A stretch of DNA of 64,000 nucleotides from Lachnospiraceae bacterium. GTDB lineage: Bacteria; Bacillota; Clostridia; Lachnospirales; Lachnospiraceae. The stretch is taken from contig JAAVXK010000036.1 of NCBI GenBank assembly GCA_022790615.1, positions 22,886-86,885 on the forward strand, given 5' to 3'. The notes below the pieces were generated by a model. It ran no database searches. It worked only from the letters and a program-made list of their open reading frames with translations, and was not told the origin of the DNA. The translations under genes were made by a program, and so were the position numbers. How positions within the stretch are numbered: position 1 is the first letter of the stretch; each line of letters starts with the position of its first letter. Shown here piece by piece: positions 37,764-48,757 of the stretch.

Positions 37764-37774
37764 TTTTACTTTCA

Positions 37775-38689
37775 CTATTTGTCTTTTTCGCTTTTTTTCT
37801 TATCCTTCCTCTCAAAATAGGCGAGCGCGTAAGGTCCTTCGGCGAGTACGCGCTTATATCTGTTAAACGCATTGACTATAATCCAGGCCGCCGCCAGTGC
37901 GCATGCAAACACATATGCGTCGTATAACAGAGCCACCGAATTTTCGCCGACGACATGTCCCATCTCATCAGAACCGAGCGCATTGATTAGCATTCCGAAA
38001 AACGAGTATGCAAATCCCGCCGCACCGCTTATAACTGTAGCGATCACGGTTTTCTTCCTTACATATCCTTCGTAAATGATAATTATAAGGGCTATCTCGA
38101 CAAGCAGCGACATAAAAACATTGACTCCCTGCATTGCTGCGTCAAACGCGCCTGCCTGCGTGAGATTGTCAATCATCGACGCCGCATTTTCACTGTTCAC
38201 GGCGCCGCTGGCAGTAAGTACTTTCATAAGTTCATCCCTGCCCTGCGTGTTGAATATCTTAATATAATTATAATAACTGAGATAGGAAGCCAGCACGCTC
38301 ACCGCCTTAAATGACGCGAAACCGACAGCCGAGCTCATCGCACGATAAAGCGACGGAACCTTTCTGTTCATAAGCCATATGCACCATACCCTGCCAAGCG
38401 ACGCAAGAGACGAAAGAAGCAGCGCGGTTATTAATAAATATACTACATACAGATTGTCCGTCTCATATACCTTCATAAACCATCCCATTTTTGTCAGTAA
38501 TAATAAAATGGGTATAGGAAGGAGGTATTGCGACCAAAAATACGCCAGAAGGCCAAGTCCAAAGGAAGACAGGGTTCCCGTCTCTTTTTTCCTCGCCATA
38601 AAATATATAACGGCAAAAGGCGCCACAACCGCCGCGCCCGACATAATCGCCGTAAATATCATGGCTATCATTACTGAATCAGCAACCAT
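37775..38689 (-). CDS. multi-pass membrane protein, YhfC-like
   Basis: About 7-8 TM segments; the Glu/His motifs of YhfC intramembrane proteases are not evident. Confidence 0.55.
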   Translation of the reverse strand: MVADSVMIAMIFTAIMSGAAVVAPFAVIYFMARKKETGTLSSFGLGLLAYFWSQYLLPIPILLLLTKMGWFMKVYETDNLYVVYLLITALLLSSLASLGRVWCIWLMNRKVPSLYRAMSSAVGFASFKAVSVLASYLSYYNYIKIFNTQGRDELMKVLTASGAVNSENAASMIDNLTQAGAFDAAMQGVNVFMSLLVEIALIIIIYEGYVRKKTVIATVISGAAGFAYSFFGMLINALGSDEMGHVVGENSVALLYDAYVFACALAAAWIIVNAFNRYKRVLAEGPYALAYFERKDKKKSEKDK

Positions 38690-38707
38690 ATATTACTCCA
38701 TTTCCAT

Positions 38708-39919
38708 CTATTCAGCTAGGCCAAACGCGTCATGGACAGCATTAAGCGCCCTGTCTGAATATTTCTCATCAATAAGTACAGTCACCCTGATTTCCGAGGT
38801 AGATATCTGCATTATGTTAATGTTTGCGTCATATATCGCCTCGAACATCTTGGCTGCGACGCCCGCATTGCTCATCATACCGGCTCCTACAACGGATACC
38901 TTCGCAACGTCTCTCGTGATATTAAGTTCCTGATATTCCAGGCTCTTTCCCTCGTGTCTCTTAATCGTTTCAATTGCGGTGTCTGTCATGTCCTCGGTTA
39001 CGGTAAAGCTTATATCCTTAGTGCCGTCCCTTCCTACCGACTGAAGAATCATATCTACGTTAACATTATGGTTTGCAAGGTGATGGAACAGCTTAAATGC
39101 CACTCCCGGTTTATCCTTAAGTCCCAATAACGCAATCTGCGTAACATTCTTATCACAAGCAACTCCACTGACGAGCATTTTTTCCATTTCAACATCCTCC
39201 TTAACGACTGTTCCCTCATTTTCATTTAAACTTGAACGTACAACAAGCTGTACACCATATTTTTTGGCCATCTCCACCGACCTGTTGTGAAGCACTCCCG
39301 CGCCAAAGCTTGCAAGCTCAAGCATTTCGTCATACGTTATCTCATCCATTTTGCGGGCATTCTTAACAATCCTCGGGTCGGCCGTATATACGCCGTCAAC
39401 GTCAGTATATATCTCGCAGGCGTCCGCATGCAGTACTGCGGCAAGGGCAACTGCCGTAGTATCGGAGCCGCCGCGTCCAAGGGTAGTGTAGTCGCCGTAG
39501 CGGTTAATCCCCTGAAATCCGGTAACGAATACAATTTTGTTATTGGAAAGTTCGTATCTTATTCTTTCACAATCTATCTTAGTAAGCCTCGCATTGCCGT
39601 AAACACGCGTCGTCTCCATCGGCACCTGAAACGCGTTGAGCGAGATTGCCGGAACACCAAGTTCTTTTACCGCCATTGCGGCAAGCGCAACGGAAGTCTG
39701 CTCACCCGTTGTAAACAGCATATCCATCTCTCTCTTTGGCGGATTGTCGCTTATGTGCTTCGCCATGTCAATGAGCACGTCCGTCTGCTTACCCATTGCG
39801 GATAAAACGACTACAACCTGATTGCCTTTCTTGTATTCTTCCACACATCGTCTCGCGACATTGAATATTCTGTCCCTGTCCGCTACCGACGTGCCTCCAA
39901 ACTTTTTAACTACGAGCAT
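38708..39919 (-). CDS. lysC: aspartate kinase
   Basis: KFGGTSV, TLGRGGSDTTA, YTDVDGVYTADPR, two ACT domains. Confidence 0.96.
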   Translation of the reverse strand: MLVVKKFGGTSVADRDRIFNVARRCVEEYKKGNQVVVVLSAMGKQTDVLIDMAKHISDNPPKREMDMLFTTGEQTSVALAAMAVKELGVPAISLNAFQVPMETTRVYGNARLTKIDCERIRYELSNNKIVFVTGFQGINRYGDYTTLGRGGSDTTAVALAAVLHADACEIYTDVDGVYTADPRIVKNARKMDEITYDEMLELASFGAGVLHNRSVEMAKKYGVQLVVRSSLNENEGTVVKEDVEMEKMLVSGVACDKNVTQIALLGLKDKPGVAFKLFHHLANHNVNVDMILQSVGRDGTKDISFTVTEDMTDTAIETIKRHEGKSLEYQELNITRDVAKVSVVGAGMMSNAGVAAKMFEAIYDANINIMQISTSEIRVTVLIDEKYSDRALNAVHDAFGLAE

Positions 39920-39988
39920 AATTCAGCCTCCTGCTATCACATAAATCTATTTAAATATCTACAAGTAAAACATTATTAATTCGCATTG

Positions 39989-41191
39989 TCAAGAGATTAT
40001 AAAATAAGACATAAGTTCATATCCCTTTTCAAATATCCTGCCAGTCTCTTTTGCCTGTCTTTCATTGTACGTTATATCATGGTTCAATTGATTCGTGCTG
40101 TCATACATCATATAAGGAACAGGGTCGCTTGTATGCGTACGAACGGCAATCGGCGTCGGGTGGTCGGGAAGTATAAGCATCCTGAAATCCATGCCTGATT
40201 CCGTAAGTTTTTCATAGATTGGTTTTATAACCCTGCTGTCAAGATATTCAATTGCTTTGAGTTTGTTACCAAGGCTGCCCTGGTGTCCCATCTCGTCAGG
40301 CGCTTCCACATGAACGTATACATAATCAAAACCGTCCTCGACAACCGCTTTGACAGCCGCGCAGGCTTTTCCCTCATAGTTTGTATCAAGCGTTCCGTCT
40401 GCGCCGTCGACTATAATATTAGTCATTCCCGTACCAACGGCAATGCCTTTTAGCAAATCGACCGCCGATATCATGGCGCCCTTTTTACCGTATTTTTCTT
40501 CAAAAGAATCCAGCGCGGGTTTTGTTCCCGCTCCCCAGAACCAGATGGAATTCGCTTTGTTTAATCCTTTTTTAGCCCTCTCTATATTAATTGGGTGCAT
40601 ATTAAGAATATCATACGAGCGTTTCATGAACTCCCTTAATTTATCATCTTCGGGCAGATAGCCGCCGATAACCTTTCCCAGTATATCGTGAGGCGGCGTA
40701 AGCTCTCTGACTGTTCCTTTTTTCCATATAGTAAGATGCCTGTAGCTTGTGCCGACATAATACTGGAATATATCATCCTGAAGCTCTCCCTTAACGGCCT
40801 CAATAAGCTGCGCCGCCTCCCTGGTAGATATCTCCCCGGAACTGTGATCTATAATCGTCTTTTCCTCGTACGGCTTGTCGTCATCTGACAGTGTGACAAT
40901 ATTACATCGTATAGCTATGTCCGTATCTTCCATATCGACGCCTATGCTGAGAGCCTCGAGCGGGGACCTTCCAGTGTAATATTTCTCAGGGTTATACCCA
41001 AGTACCGCGAGGTTGGCCGTATCGCTGCCGGGCTTCATACCGGACGGAATGTTAGCTGAAAGCCCCACCTCGGACATCGCCGCAAGCTTATCCATAACGG
41101 GGGTGTCCGCATATTCAAGCGGAGTTTTGCCGCCAATCTCCTCTATGGGACGGTCCGCCATTCCATCCCCAAGGACAACAACATATTTCAT
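39989..41191 (-). CDS. apgM: cofactor-independent phosphoglycerate mutase family (ApgM) protein
   Basis: LGDGMAD, PGSDTANL, HVEAPDEMGH, PDHPTP..RTH. Confidence 0.9.
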   Translation of the reverse strand: MKYVVVLGDGMADRPIEEIGGKTPLEYADTPVMDKLAAMSEVGLSANIPSGMKPGSDTANLAVLGYNPEKYYTGRSPLEALSIGVDMEDTDIAIRCNIVTLSDDDKPYEEKTIIDHSSGEISTREAAQLIEAVKGELQDDIFQYYVGTSYRHLTIWKKGTVRELTPPHDILGKVIGGYLPEDDKLREFMKRSYDILNMHPINIERAKKGLNKANSIWFWGAGTKPALDSFEEKYGKKGAMISAVDLLKGIAVGTGMTNIIVDGADGTLDTNYEGKACAAVKAVVEDGFDYVYVHVEAPDEMGHQGSLGNKLKAIEYLDSRVIKPIYEKLTESGMDFRMLILPDHPTPIAVRTHTSDPVPYMMYDSTNQLNHDITYNERQAKETGRIFEKGYELMSYFIIS

Positions 41192-41209
41192 AACGCTACA
41201 TACACCTCT

Positions 41210-42418
41210 CTACATAACCCTTATTCTCGTTATCAATTCAGGAACATTCGCAATCTTTGACTCGAATTCCCTCTCGGTGATAGAATCGGTCAAAAATGCG
41301 CATTCACCCTCAATTCCTATATCAAGCGGAACTATCTGTCCGAAATTGGCGTTTACTTCATCAACAATAGACGGAGTCTCCTTTACCCTGACGAAGAACT
41401 TATTTTTAACATCCTTATAATCCTGCAGCGCAAGCTTTTCACTGTCCCATAAAACTTTTATATTGCTTCCCTTGTTCCTTGCCGCCTCTATTACGTCCGC
41501 GACAACTGCGCTCGCTGTAGGAAGCTTGCCGGCTCCTTTGCCATAAAACATGGAATCTCCAAGCATATTCCCTTTTACAAATATTCCGTTAAATACGTCG
41601 TCAACCGTATACAGCGGATGTCCCTGCTTTACAAGCACCGGCGATACCATTGCCGAAACTTTTCCATCCTCCATCTTGCTTCTTCCGACAAGTTTGATGG
41701 TCGAGTTCATTTTTTTTGCATATTTGAAATCCGCAGCCGTTATTTTTGTTATACCCTCTGTGTAGATATCGTTATAGTCAACTTGTTTTCCGTATGCAAG
41801 CGATGTAAGGATTGCTATCTTCCTGCACGCGTCATAACCTTCAACATCCGCTTCCGGATTGCGCTCCGCATAACCGAGTTCCTGCGCTTCCTTCAAAACA
41901 TCTTCAAAATCTGCGCCGGCGTCCCGCATCTTTGTAAGAATAAAGTTCGTCGTACCATTGAGTATTCCGGTAATCTCCTCAATTACCTCCGCAGTAAGAG
42001 ACTGGTTAATCGGACGAATAATAGGTATTCCGCCTCCAACGCTTGCCTCAAATAAGAAGTTTACGTTCTTATCCTTTGCAATTGCAATAAGCTCCGCGCC
42101 ATGGCTGGCAACAAGCTCTTTGTTTGATGTACATACGCTTTTACCGTTTTCAAGACATTCTTTGACGAACATATATGCAGGATTAACGCCGCCCATTGTC
42201 TCGACAACTATTTCAATCTCGGGGTCGTCGACTATTTTCTTATAGTCCTTGATAAGAAGATTTTCAACAGGACTTCCCGGAAAATCCCTGAGGTCGAGCA
42301 CATACTTTATCTCCACCGCTTCCCCGGTCCTCTCTGCTATAACCCCGCTGTTAGAGGCAAGCACTTCGACAACTCCCGAACCAATAGTTCCATAACCCAT
42401 TACTGCAACTTTACTCAT
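41210..42418 (-). CDS. hom: homoserine dehydrogenase
   Basis: GYGTIGSG, FEASVGGGIPII, GILNGTTN, GKGAGKLPTASAV; start moved to 42418 after GGAGG. Confidence 0.96.
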   Translation of the reverse strand: MSKVAVMGYGTIGSGVVEVLASNSGVIAERTGEAVEIKYVLDLRDFPGSPVENLLIKDYKKIVDDPEIEIVVETMGGVNPAYMFVKECLENGKSVCTSNKELVASHGAELIAIAKDKNVNFLFEASVGGGIPIIRPINQSLTAEVIEEITGILNGTTNFILTKMRDAGADFEDVLKEAQELGYAERNPEADVEGYDACRKIAILTSLAYGKQVDYNDIYTEGITKITAADFKYAKKMNSTIKLVGRSKMEDGKVSAMVSPVLVKQGHPLYTVDDVFNGIFVKGNMLGDSMFYGKGAGKLPTASAVVADVIEAARNKGSNIKVLWDSEKLALQDYKDVKNKFFVRVKETPSIVDEVNANFGQIVPLDIGIEGECAFLTDSITEREFESKIANVPELITRIRVM

Positions 42419-42513
42419 AATATATCCTCCAATCGTTTTGCTCAATTTTAAGGAAACATCCGCCAAATCGTTTCCCGCGCCTGATTTCACATCCTGTTCC
42501 AAATAACCGGGGG

Positions 42514-42969
42514 TTAAGCCTGCGTTTCCTTAGACACGAACTCTGATATATCATCCTGCTCGCCGCAAGGTATCAGCATATCAGGCGCGATAACAAGCGC
42601 AAGCCCTTTATTTCCGAGATTAATCACCTTTGTAAAATAGTCGGTTTCCTCAGTAAACATTTCCGGCATGTCAATCACGTCGCCATCATCGAATGTTTTC
42701 ATTCCGTCAACCTCGTCGACGGCAAGGCAGACCGCGGCCCTGTCAAGTCTTACAAGAAGATATTTCTTTTGCAAATCCGAATGTTCAAGCATGAATTTTT
42801 CTTCAAGGTCAAATACCGGCACAATTTCCCCGCGCACATTGACAATCCCCGAAATAAACTTCGGAGCCCTGGCAACCGGCGTGACATTGTCCAGCTCCTC
42901 TATACCCTCAAGAAAATCAATTTCCATTCCGTACGCCTGTCCGTTAAGGCGAAATATAACTATCTCCAT
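42514..42969 (-). CDS. cheW: chemotaxis coupling protein CheW
   Basis: IVIFRL..YGMEI, TPV..APKFISGIVNVRGEIVPVFDL, LAVDEV. Confidence 0.92.
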   Translation of the reverse strand: MEIVIFRLNGQAYGMEIDFLEGIEELDNVTPVARAPKFISGIVNVRGEIVPVFDLEEKFMLEHSDLQKKYLLVRLDRAAVCLAVDEVDGMKTFDDGDVIDMPEMFTEETDYFTKVINLGNKGLALVIAPDMLIPCGEQDDISEFVSKETQA

Positions 42970-42996
42970 TGTAATCCCTCCTGAAGCGCGCTGTCC

Positions 42997-44113
42997 TTAA
43001 TCCCGTTTTTCCGTGTTAATCCATTTCAAATATCCGTTAATAAATAAATCTATGTCTCCGTCCATAACAGCATTCACATTTCCGGTCTCCTCATTCGTCC
43101 TGTGATCCTTGACCATAGTGTATGGCTGCATTACATATGAACGTATCTGGTTGCCCCAGCCAATCTCTGTGACGTCCCCGCGTATATCATCCTGCAAAGC
43201 CTGATTCTCCTGCTGCTTTAAAATATACAGCTTTGCCTTGAGCATCTGCATTGCCTTATCCTTGTTCATATGCTGTGATCTTTCATTCTGGCATTGAACG
43301 ACAATTCCCGTCGGATAATGTGTAATACGTATGGCGGACGACGTTTTGTTAATATGCTGTCCGCCTGCTCCGCTCGACCGGTACGTATCGATTCTAATAT
43401 CATCGTCAGCTATTTCGATATCAATATCTTCCTCTATATCAGGCATTACGTCACACGATACGAACGACGTCTGTCTTTTTCCGGCGGCATTGAACGGCGA
43501 GATTCTCACAAGCCTGTGGACGCCTTTTTCAGATTTGAGATATCCGTATGCGTTCTCTCCGTTAATCTGCATAGTGACTGATTTTAATCCCGCCTCATCG
43601 CCGTCAAGCGAATCAAGTATCTCAACGCCATAACCCTTTTTATCGGCCCACCGCTGATACATCCTGAACAGCATACTCGCCCAGTCACAGCTTTCCGTGC
43701 CGCCTGCGCCGGCATGAAGCGTAAGTATCGCGTTGTCTTTGTCATACTCCCCGGAGAGAAGCGTTGTAAGCCTAAGCTCTGTAAATTCCTTTACGAATGC
43801 ATTAAGCTCCTCCTCAATCTCAGGAATAAGAGAGGCGTCTTCCTCCTCGTATCCCATCTCGATAAGAGTTTTAACATCATCAAACCTTCCCGTCAGCTTT
43901 TCAAATCCTTCCACGACGGACTGAAGAGATTTCAGCTCTTTCATCAGTTCCTGCGACTTTGCCGCATCATCCCAGAATCCGGGTTCCTCCATAATACGCT
44001 GCAGTTCTTCAATCCTTAACTCTTTGCCAGCGAGGTCAAAGTGAATCCCTCACTTCTAATAGCGGACCCTCATAACCGTTTAATACTACTTTATAATTAT
44101 CAAGTTCTACCAT
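42997..44113 (-). CDS. prfB: peptide chain release factor 2 with programmed +1 frameshift
   Basis: MVELDNYKVVLNGYEGPLLEVRDSL then CTT TGA C (44041-44035) with upstream AGGGA; +1 frame continues DLAGKELR..; SPF and GGQ motifs. Confidence 0.97.
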
Positions 44114-44237
44114 TTAATCACTTCCCATCTCAAAATGCTTTTTATTTGTTATAGTATTACCTTAACTCACTTATGATTCCTTTTGCTTTCTGCTTATCCC
44201 CTTTTTTGCGTTGCATGTTCTTTCTTATGCCTTTCGG

Positions 44238-46802
44238 TTACCTTCTTCCACAACACTGCTTATACTTTCTTCCCGATCCGCACGGACACGGGTCGTTCGG
44301 CTGAATCTTCTTGCCCTCTCTCCTTACGGGGCCTTTTTTCACCGACTCGTCCTTATTGGTTCCGGTAACCTTCGCAACTTCCTCTCTCTCAACCTTTTGT
44401 TCAATCTTAACGTGCATGAGAGAACGGATTGTATCTTCCATTATAGCGTCCGTCATAGAATCAAACATGTCAAATCCCTGGAACTTGTACTCAAGCAGCG
44501 GGTCTTTCTGTCCGAGGGACTGGAGACCTATACCCTGTCTGAGCTGGTCCATATCGTCTATATGGTCCATCCACTTTCTATCAATAACCCTGAGAAGGAT
44601 AACCCTCTCAACTTCCCTTATCTGTTCCGGGTCAGGGAATTCCGCCTCTTTGGACTCATAGAGCTTAACGGCGCGTTCCTTAAGATTCTGCATCAGTTCT
44701 TTTTTACTGGTCTTTTCCAATTCTTCCTTAGTCAGCGTTACCGGCTCCATCGGTATAACCGGCAGAATCATATCGTTAAGTTCTTTCAAATCCCAGTTGT
44801 CAGACGTCTGGTCGTCACCAATAACGGTATTGACGGTATTCTCAACAATATCGGATATCATTCTGTAGATGGTATCCCGCATGCTCTCCCCGTCAAGCAC
44901 CCTTCTTCTCTCTTTGTATATAATCTCTCTTTGGTCATTGTTAACCTGGTCATACTCAAGCAGGTTTTTACGAATTCCAAAGTTGTTTCCCTCAATTTTT
45001 TTCTGCGCCCTCTCAATCGCATTGCTCAGCGATTTGTGGCTTATCTGCTCATCCTCTCCAATTCCGAGCGAATTGAATATAGACATCATTCTCTCTGATG
45101 CGAACAGGCGCATAAGTTCATCCTCCAGCGAGATATAGAACTTTGATTCACCTGGGTCTCCCTGACGGCCCGCACGTCCTCGAAGCTGATTGTCAATACG
45201 TCTGGACTCGTGTCTTTCCGTACCTATTATCTTGAGACCTCCGACTTCCTTAACGCCTTCCCCAAGCTTTATATCCGTTCCACGTCCGGCCATGTTCGTC
45301 GCAATCGTTACAGCTCCGGGCTGTCCTGCGTCCGCAATAATCTCAGCCTCAAGTTCATGGAACTTTGCGTTGAGCACCTTATGCGGTATTCCCTTTTTCT
45401 TTAGAAGCTGGCTGAGTTCCTCCGACGCCTCGATTGTTATCGTACCGACAAGAACCGGCTGTCCCTTTTCATGGGCCTCGCAAACTTCGTTAACAACAGC
45501 GTTAAGCTTGCCCCTCTTAGTCTTGTATACGGCGTCGTTATGGTCTATACGCTGTACCGGAAGATTCGTTGGGACTTCCACAACGTCCATTCCGTATATA
45601 TCACGAAACTCCTTCTCCTCCGTAAGCGCCGTACCCGTCATTCCCGACTTCTTTTTATATTTGTTAAAGAAGTTCTGGAATGTTATTGTTGCAAGGGTCT
45701 TACTCTCCCTTTTTACTTTTACGTGCTCTTTTGCCTCAATAGCCTGATGAAGACCGTCGGAGAATCTCCTTCCCGGCATAATTCGTCCCGTAAATTCATC
45801 GACTATGAGCACCTGGTCTTCCTGAACCACATAGTCCTTGTCCCTGAACATAAGGTTATGCGCGCGCAGCGCAAGGTCCACGTTATGCTGTACTTCAAGA
45901 TTCTCAGGGTCGGCAAGGTTTTGCAGTCCGAAAAACTTCTCTACCTTTCTGACGCCCGCCTCGGTGAGGGTCACATTCTTTTCCTTTTCATTGACTACAA
46001 AGTCTCCTGATTCCTGCACTTCCTCACCCATCATGTAATCCATCTTGCTCATCTCTTTTGCAGTTCCTTTCTCGAGCTGCTTTGCAAGAATGTCGCACGC
46101 TTCATACAGTTTGGTTGATTTGCCGCTCTGGCCTGATATTATAAGAGGCGTTCTGGCCTCGTCGATAAGGACAGAGTCAACCTCGTCGATAATTGCATAA
46201 TTCAAATCACGCTGAACAAGTCTTTCTTTATATATAACCATGTTATCCCTAAGATAATCGAACCCAAGCTCATTGTTCGTAGCATAGGTTATGTCGCAGC
46301 CATAAGCCGCCCGTCTGTCGTCATTACTCATGTCGTTGAGGATTACGCCTACAGTAAGACCGAGGAACGTATGAATCTGTCCCATCCACTCAGCGTCACG
46401 CTTTGCGAGGTAATCATTGACTGTAACGACATGGACGCCTTCGCCCGTAAGGGCATTCAGGTACGCCGGCAGTGTTGCCACGAGCGTCTTTCCTTCTCCC
46501 GTCCTCATCTCGGTTATACGTCCCTGGTGGAGAATGACGCCTCCGATGAGCTGAACCCTGAAGTGGCGCATATTAAGCACTCGCTTTCCGGCCTCGCGCA
46601 CAGTAGCGTACGCCTCGGGAAGTATATCATCCAAAGTCTCCCCGTCCGCAAGCCGCTTCTTGAATTCATCCGTCTTTGCACGAAGTTCGTCGTCGGTTAA
46701 TTTTTCAAACTCCGGCTCAAGGCTTTCTATTTTATCAACAATCGGAAGTATTCTTTTTACTTCCCTTTCACTGTGGCTTTTAAACATTTTAGATAAAATC
46801 AT
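44238..46802 (-). CDS. secA: preprotein translocase ATPase SecA
   Basis: [39 protein letters not shown]-terminal [13 protein letters not shown]. Confidence 0.98.
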   Translation of the reverse strand: MILSKMFKSHSEREVKRILPIVDKIESLEPEFEKLTDDELRAKTDEFKKRLADGETLDDILPEAYATVREAGKRVLNMRHFRVQLIGGVILHQGRITEMRTGEGKTLVATLPAYLNALTGEGVHVVTVNDYLAKRDAEWMGQIHTFLGLTVGVILNDMSNDDRRAAYGCDITYATNNELGFDYLRDNMVIYKERLVQRDLNYAIIDEVDSVLIDEARTPLIISGQSGKSTKLYEACDILAKQLEKGTAKEMSKMDYMMGEEVQESGDFVVNEKEKNVTLTEAGVRKVEKFFGLQNLADPENLEVQHNVDLALRAHNLMFRDKDYVVQEDQVLIVDEFTGRIMPGRRFSDGLHQAIEAKEHVKVKRESKTLATITFQNFFNKYKKKSGMTGTALTEEKEFRDIYGMDVVEVPTNLPVQRIDHNDAVYKTKRGKLNAVVNEVCEAHEKGQPVLVGTITIEASEELSQLLKKKGIPHKVLNAKFHELEAEIIADAGQPGAVTIATNMAGRGTDIKLGEGVKEVGGLKIIGTERHESRRIDNQLRGRAGRQGDPGESKFYISLEDELMRLFASERMMSIFNSLGIGEDEQISHKSLSNAIERAQKKIEGNNFGIRKNLLEYDQVNNDQREIIYKERRRVLDGESMRDTIYRMISDIVENTVNTVIGDDQTSDNWDLKELNDMILPVIPMEPVTLTKEELEKTSKKELMQNLKERAVKLYESKEAEFPDPEQIREVERVILLRVIDRKWMDHIDDMDQLRQGIGLQSLGQKDPLLEYKFQGFDMFDSMTDAIMEDTIRSLMHVKIEQKVEREEVAKVTGTNKDESVKKGPVRREGKKIQPNDPCPCGSGRKYKQCCGRR

Positions 46803-47001
46803 TTATTTTTCTCCTAATTATATAACCTATATTCGGGAAACAACATCCCAAGCTATTGTAACATCAAGAACCGCTAAATTCAAGACCGAGTTTTACATTT
46901 ATATTTTATACATTACGAAACCGGCGGGCTCGTACTTCATGTAACGCATCCGCCGGTTTCATTCGCAACGGCATTCCGCCGTTCATTCTATAGCTTGTCC
47001 C

Positions 47002-47039
47002 TAGTGTGTGTCTGAAAATTGCTTTCCGACACACATTAG
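47002..47039. repeat. short palindrome immediately after the hpf stop
   Basis: TAGTGTGTGTCTGAAA-attgc-TTTCCGACACACATTAG. Confidence 0.55.
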
Positions 47040-47040
47040 C

Positions 47041-47565
47041 TTAACACTCAGGTTCAATTAACCCGTATGTATTTTCCTTTCTCTTGTATACTACGTTAAC
47101 CTCATCGGTGTCAGCATTTCTGAACACGAAGAAGTTGTGTCCAAGAAGTTCCATCTGTACGCAGGCCTCCTCGGCGTCCATAGGTTTAACCGCAAATCTC
47201 TTCGTCCTTATTATCTTAATCTCCTCGTCGTCGTAATCTTCTTCAATAAACGACCTGCTAAGGTTAACTGCCGCCTGCTGTTTCTCAATGATTTTTGTCT
47301 TATATTTTCTAAGCTGCCGTTCTATTATCTCCTCTACAAGGTCTATCGATACATACATATCGTTACTTTCCTGCTCGGCGCGGACTATATTACCTTTCAT
47401 AGGTATTGTGACCTCTATCTTCTGTCTCTCTTTCTGTGTGCTAAGCGTAACGTGAATCTCTGTATCTTCGGTAAAATATTTCTCAAGTTTTCCTATCTTT
47501 TCCGTTACGGCCGTCCGTAACCCTTCTGTAACTGTAAGATTTTTTCCACTAATAATAAACTTCAT
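47041..47565 (-). CDS. hpf: ribosome hibernation promoting factor (long HPF)
   Basis: ISGKNLTVTEGLR..KIGKLEKYF, DMYVSIDLV..IERQLRKYK, KPMDAEEACVQMELLGHNFFVF. Confidence 0.95.
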   Translation of the reverse strand: MKFIISGKNLTVTEGLRTAVTEKIGKLEKYFTEDTEIHVTLSTQKERQKIEVTIPMKGNIVRAEQESNDMYVSIDLVEEIIERQLRKYKTKIIEKQQAAVNLSRSFIEEDYDDEEIKIIRTKRFAVKPMDAEEACVQMELLGHNFFVFRNADTDEVNVVYKRKENTYGLIEPEC

Positions 47566-47827
47566 ATTTACCAACTCCCTCAAGCGTATTAACCGCCGGC
47601 CGTTTTTCCCCAAATCGGCCAGTCGGCTTACTGCAATTATACCACATTTTACTTATTTTACAACAAAAGAACACACAGTTTTATCAAAAAAACTCTGCAT
47701 CTTATTATCTTCAATTATAATTGTGTCTACAATTCAAAAGTCAAGCTTTTTATTTTATTTAATATTATTTATATTTATTTTATATAATGTGGGACATTGA
47801 TTTTTGACTACATACGTCTCCATTTTA

Positions 47828-47899
47828 TGTGGATAACGTTGATAACTTCGTGAATAACTATGAATACAGCATTAAATTATACTCTAAAAACGTGAATAA
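47828..47899. promoter_or_regulatory. cluster of co-oriented DnaA boxes
   Basis: TGTGGATAA (perfect, 47828), CGTTGATAA, CGTGAATAA (47849), TATGAATAC, CGTGAATAA (47891) in an AT-rich intergenic region. Confidence 0.6.
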
Positions 47900-48077
47900 C
47901 TAATAATTTCACTTTTTTACCAATTGATGCAAACGTATATTCCGAATCTACGTTTCCGTCTTAACGTATATTATTTTGTCATATTTTATGCTTTTATAAA
48001 AAATATATTAACAACATGTTTACGATAAAACGTCGAATTGTTTTAATTATCTGACAATTGAATCATATGTTGGCATT

Positions 48078-48614
48078 TCAACACCAACCAAGCAGCGTAC
48101 ATATCCAGTATATTATACCAAATACACAGCTTGTGAATACTCCGTATAAGATAACCGGCCCGGCTATGGTGAATATTTTACATCCGATTCCATATACCTG
48201 ACCCTCTTTTTTGAATTCAATGGCAGGAGATGCAACCGAGTTGGCAAAACCTGTTATCGGTACTATCACTCCGGCCCCGGCGTACTTTGCTATTTTTGCA
48301 AAAAGGCCGAATCCCGTAAGCACGGCGCTTATAAAAATGAGCGTAAGCGTTTCATACAGGGCCGCGGTATCCTTATCGAATCCCGCATATTTATATAGGT
48401 TCAGAAGTCCCTGTCCGAGCGTGCACACAAGACCTCCCACAACAAACGCCCGAAACACGTTTTTCTTTGTACTGTGCTTTGGAGTAATGGCCGTAACATA
48501 ATCACCGTACAGTTTGTTGCGTTTTTCGGTATCTTTCTCATCCATTACATCCTGCAGTGCAACGTCATTTTCTTTGTAGTACAGTTTTTTGTAAAATTCT
48601 TCACTTTCTAACAT
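48078..48614 (-). CDS. spoVAC: stage V sporulation protein AC
   Basis: AFVVGGLVCTLGQ, AGAGVIVPITGFANSVASPAIEFKKEG, KIFTIAGPVILYG; start moved to 48614. Confidence 0.93.
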   Translation of the reverse strand: MLESEEFYKKLYYKENDVALQDVMDEKDTEKRNKLYGDYVTAITPKHSTKKNVFRAFVVGGLVCTLGQGLLNLYKYAGFDKDTAALYETLTLIFISAVLTGFGLFAKIAKYAGAGVIVPITGFANSVASPAIEFKKEGQVYGIGCKIFTIAGPVILYGVFTSCVFGIIYWICTLLGWC

Positions 48615-48757
48615 ACGATTCACCTTCCGCAAATATAATAGTTCCCCGCAAATTCCTGTACGTCTATACGCAGGTCCGATAAAATCCGCCATGCGTACCG
48701 CGCCGGCCGAAGCCGCAAAGCGGCGTAATTCCTTATGCGTCTGTGCGCATCTAATTT

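Noticed and set aside
47700-48070. oriC
   Set aside because: No dnaA, dnaN, rpmH or gidA context and few boxes; kept only as a DnaA-box cluster.
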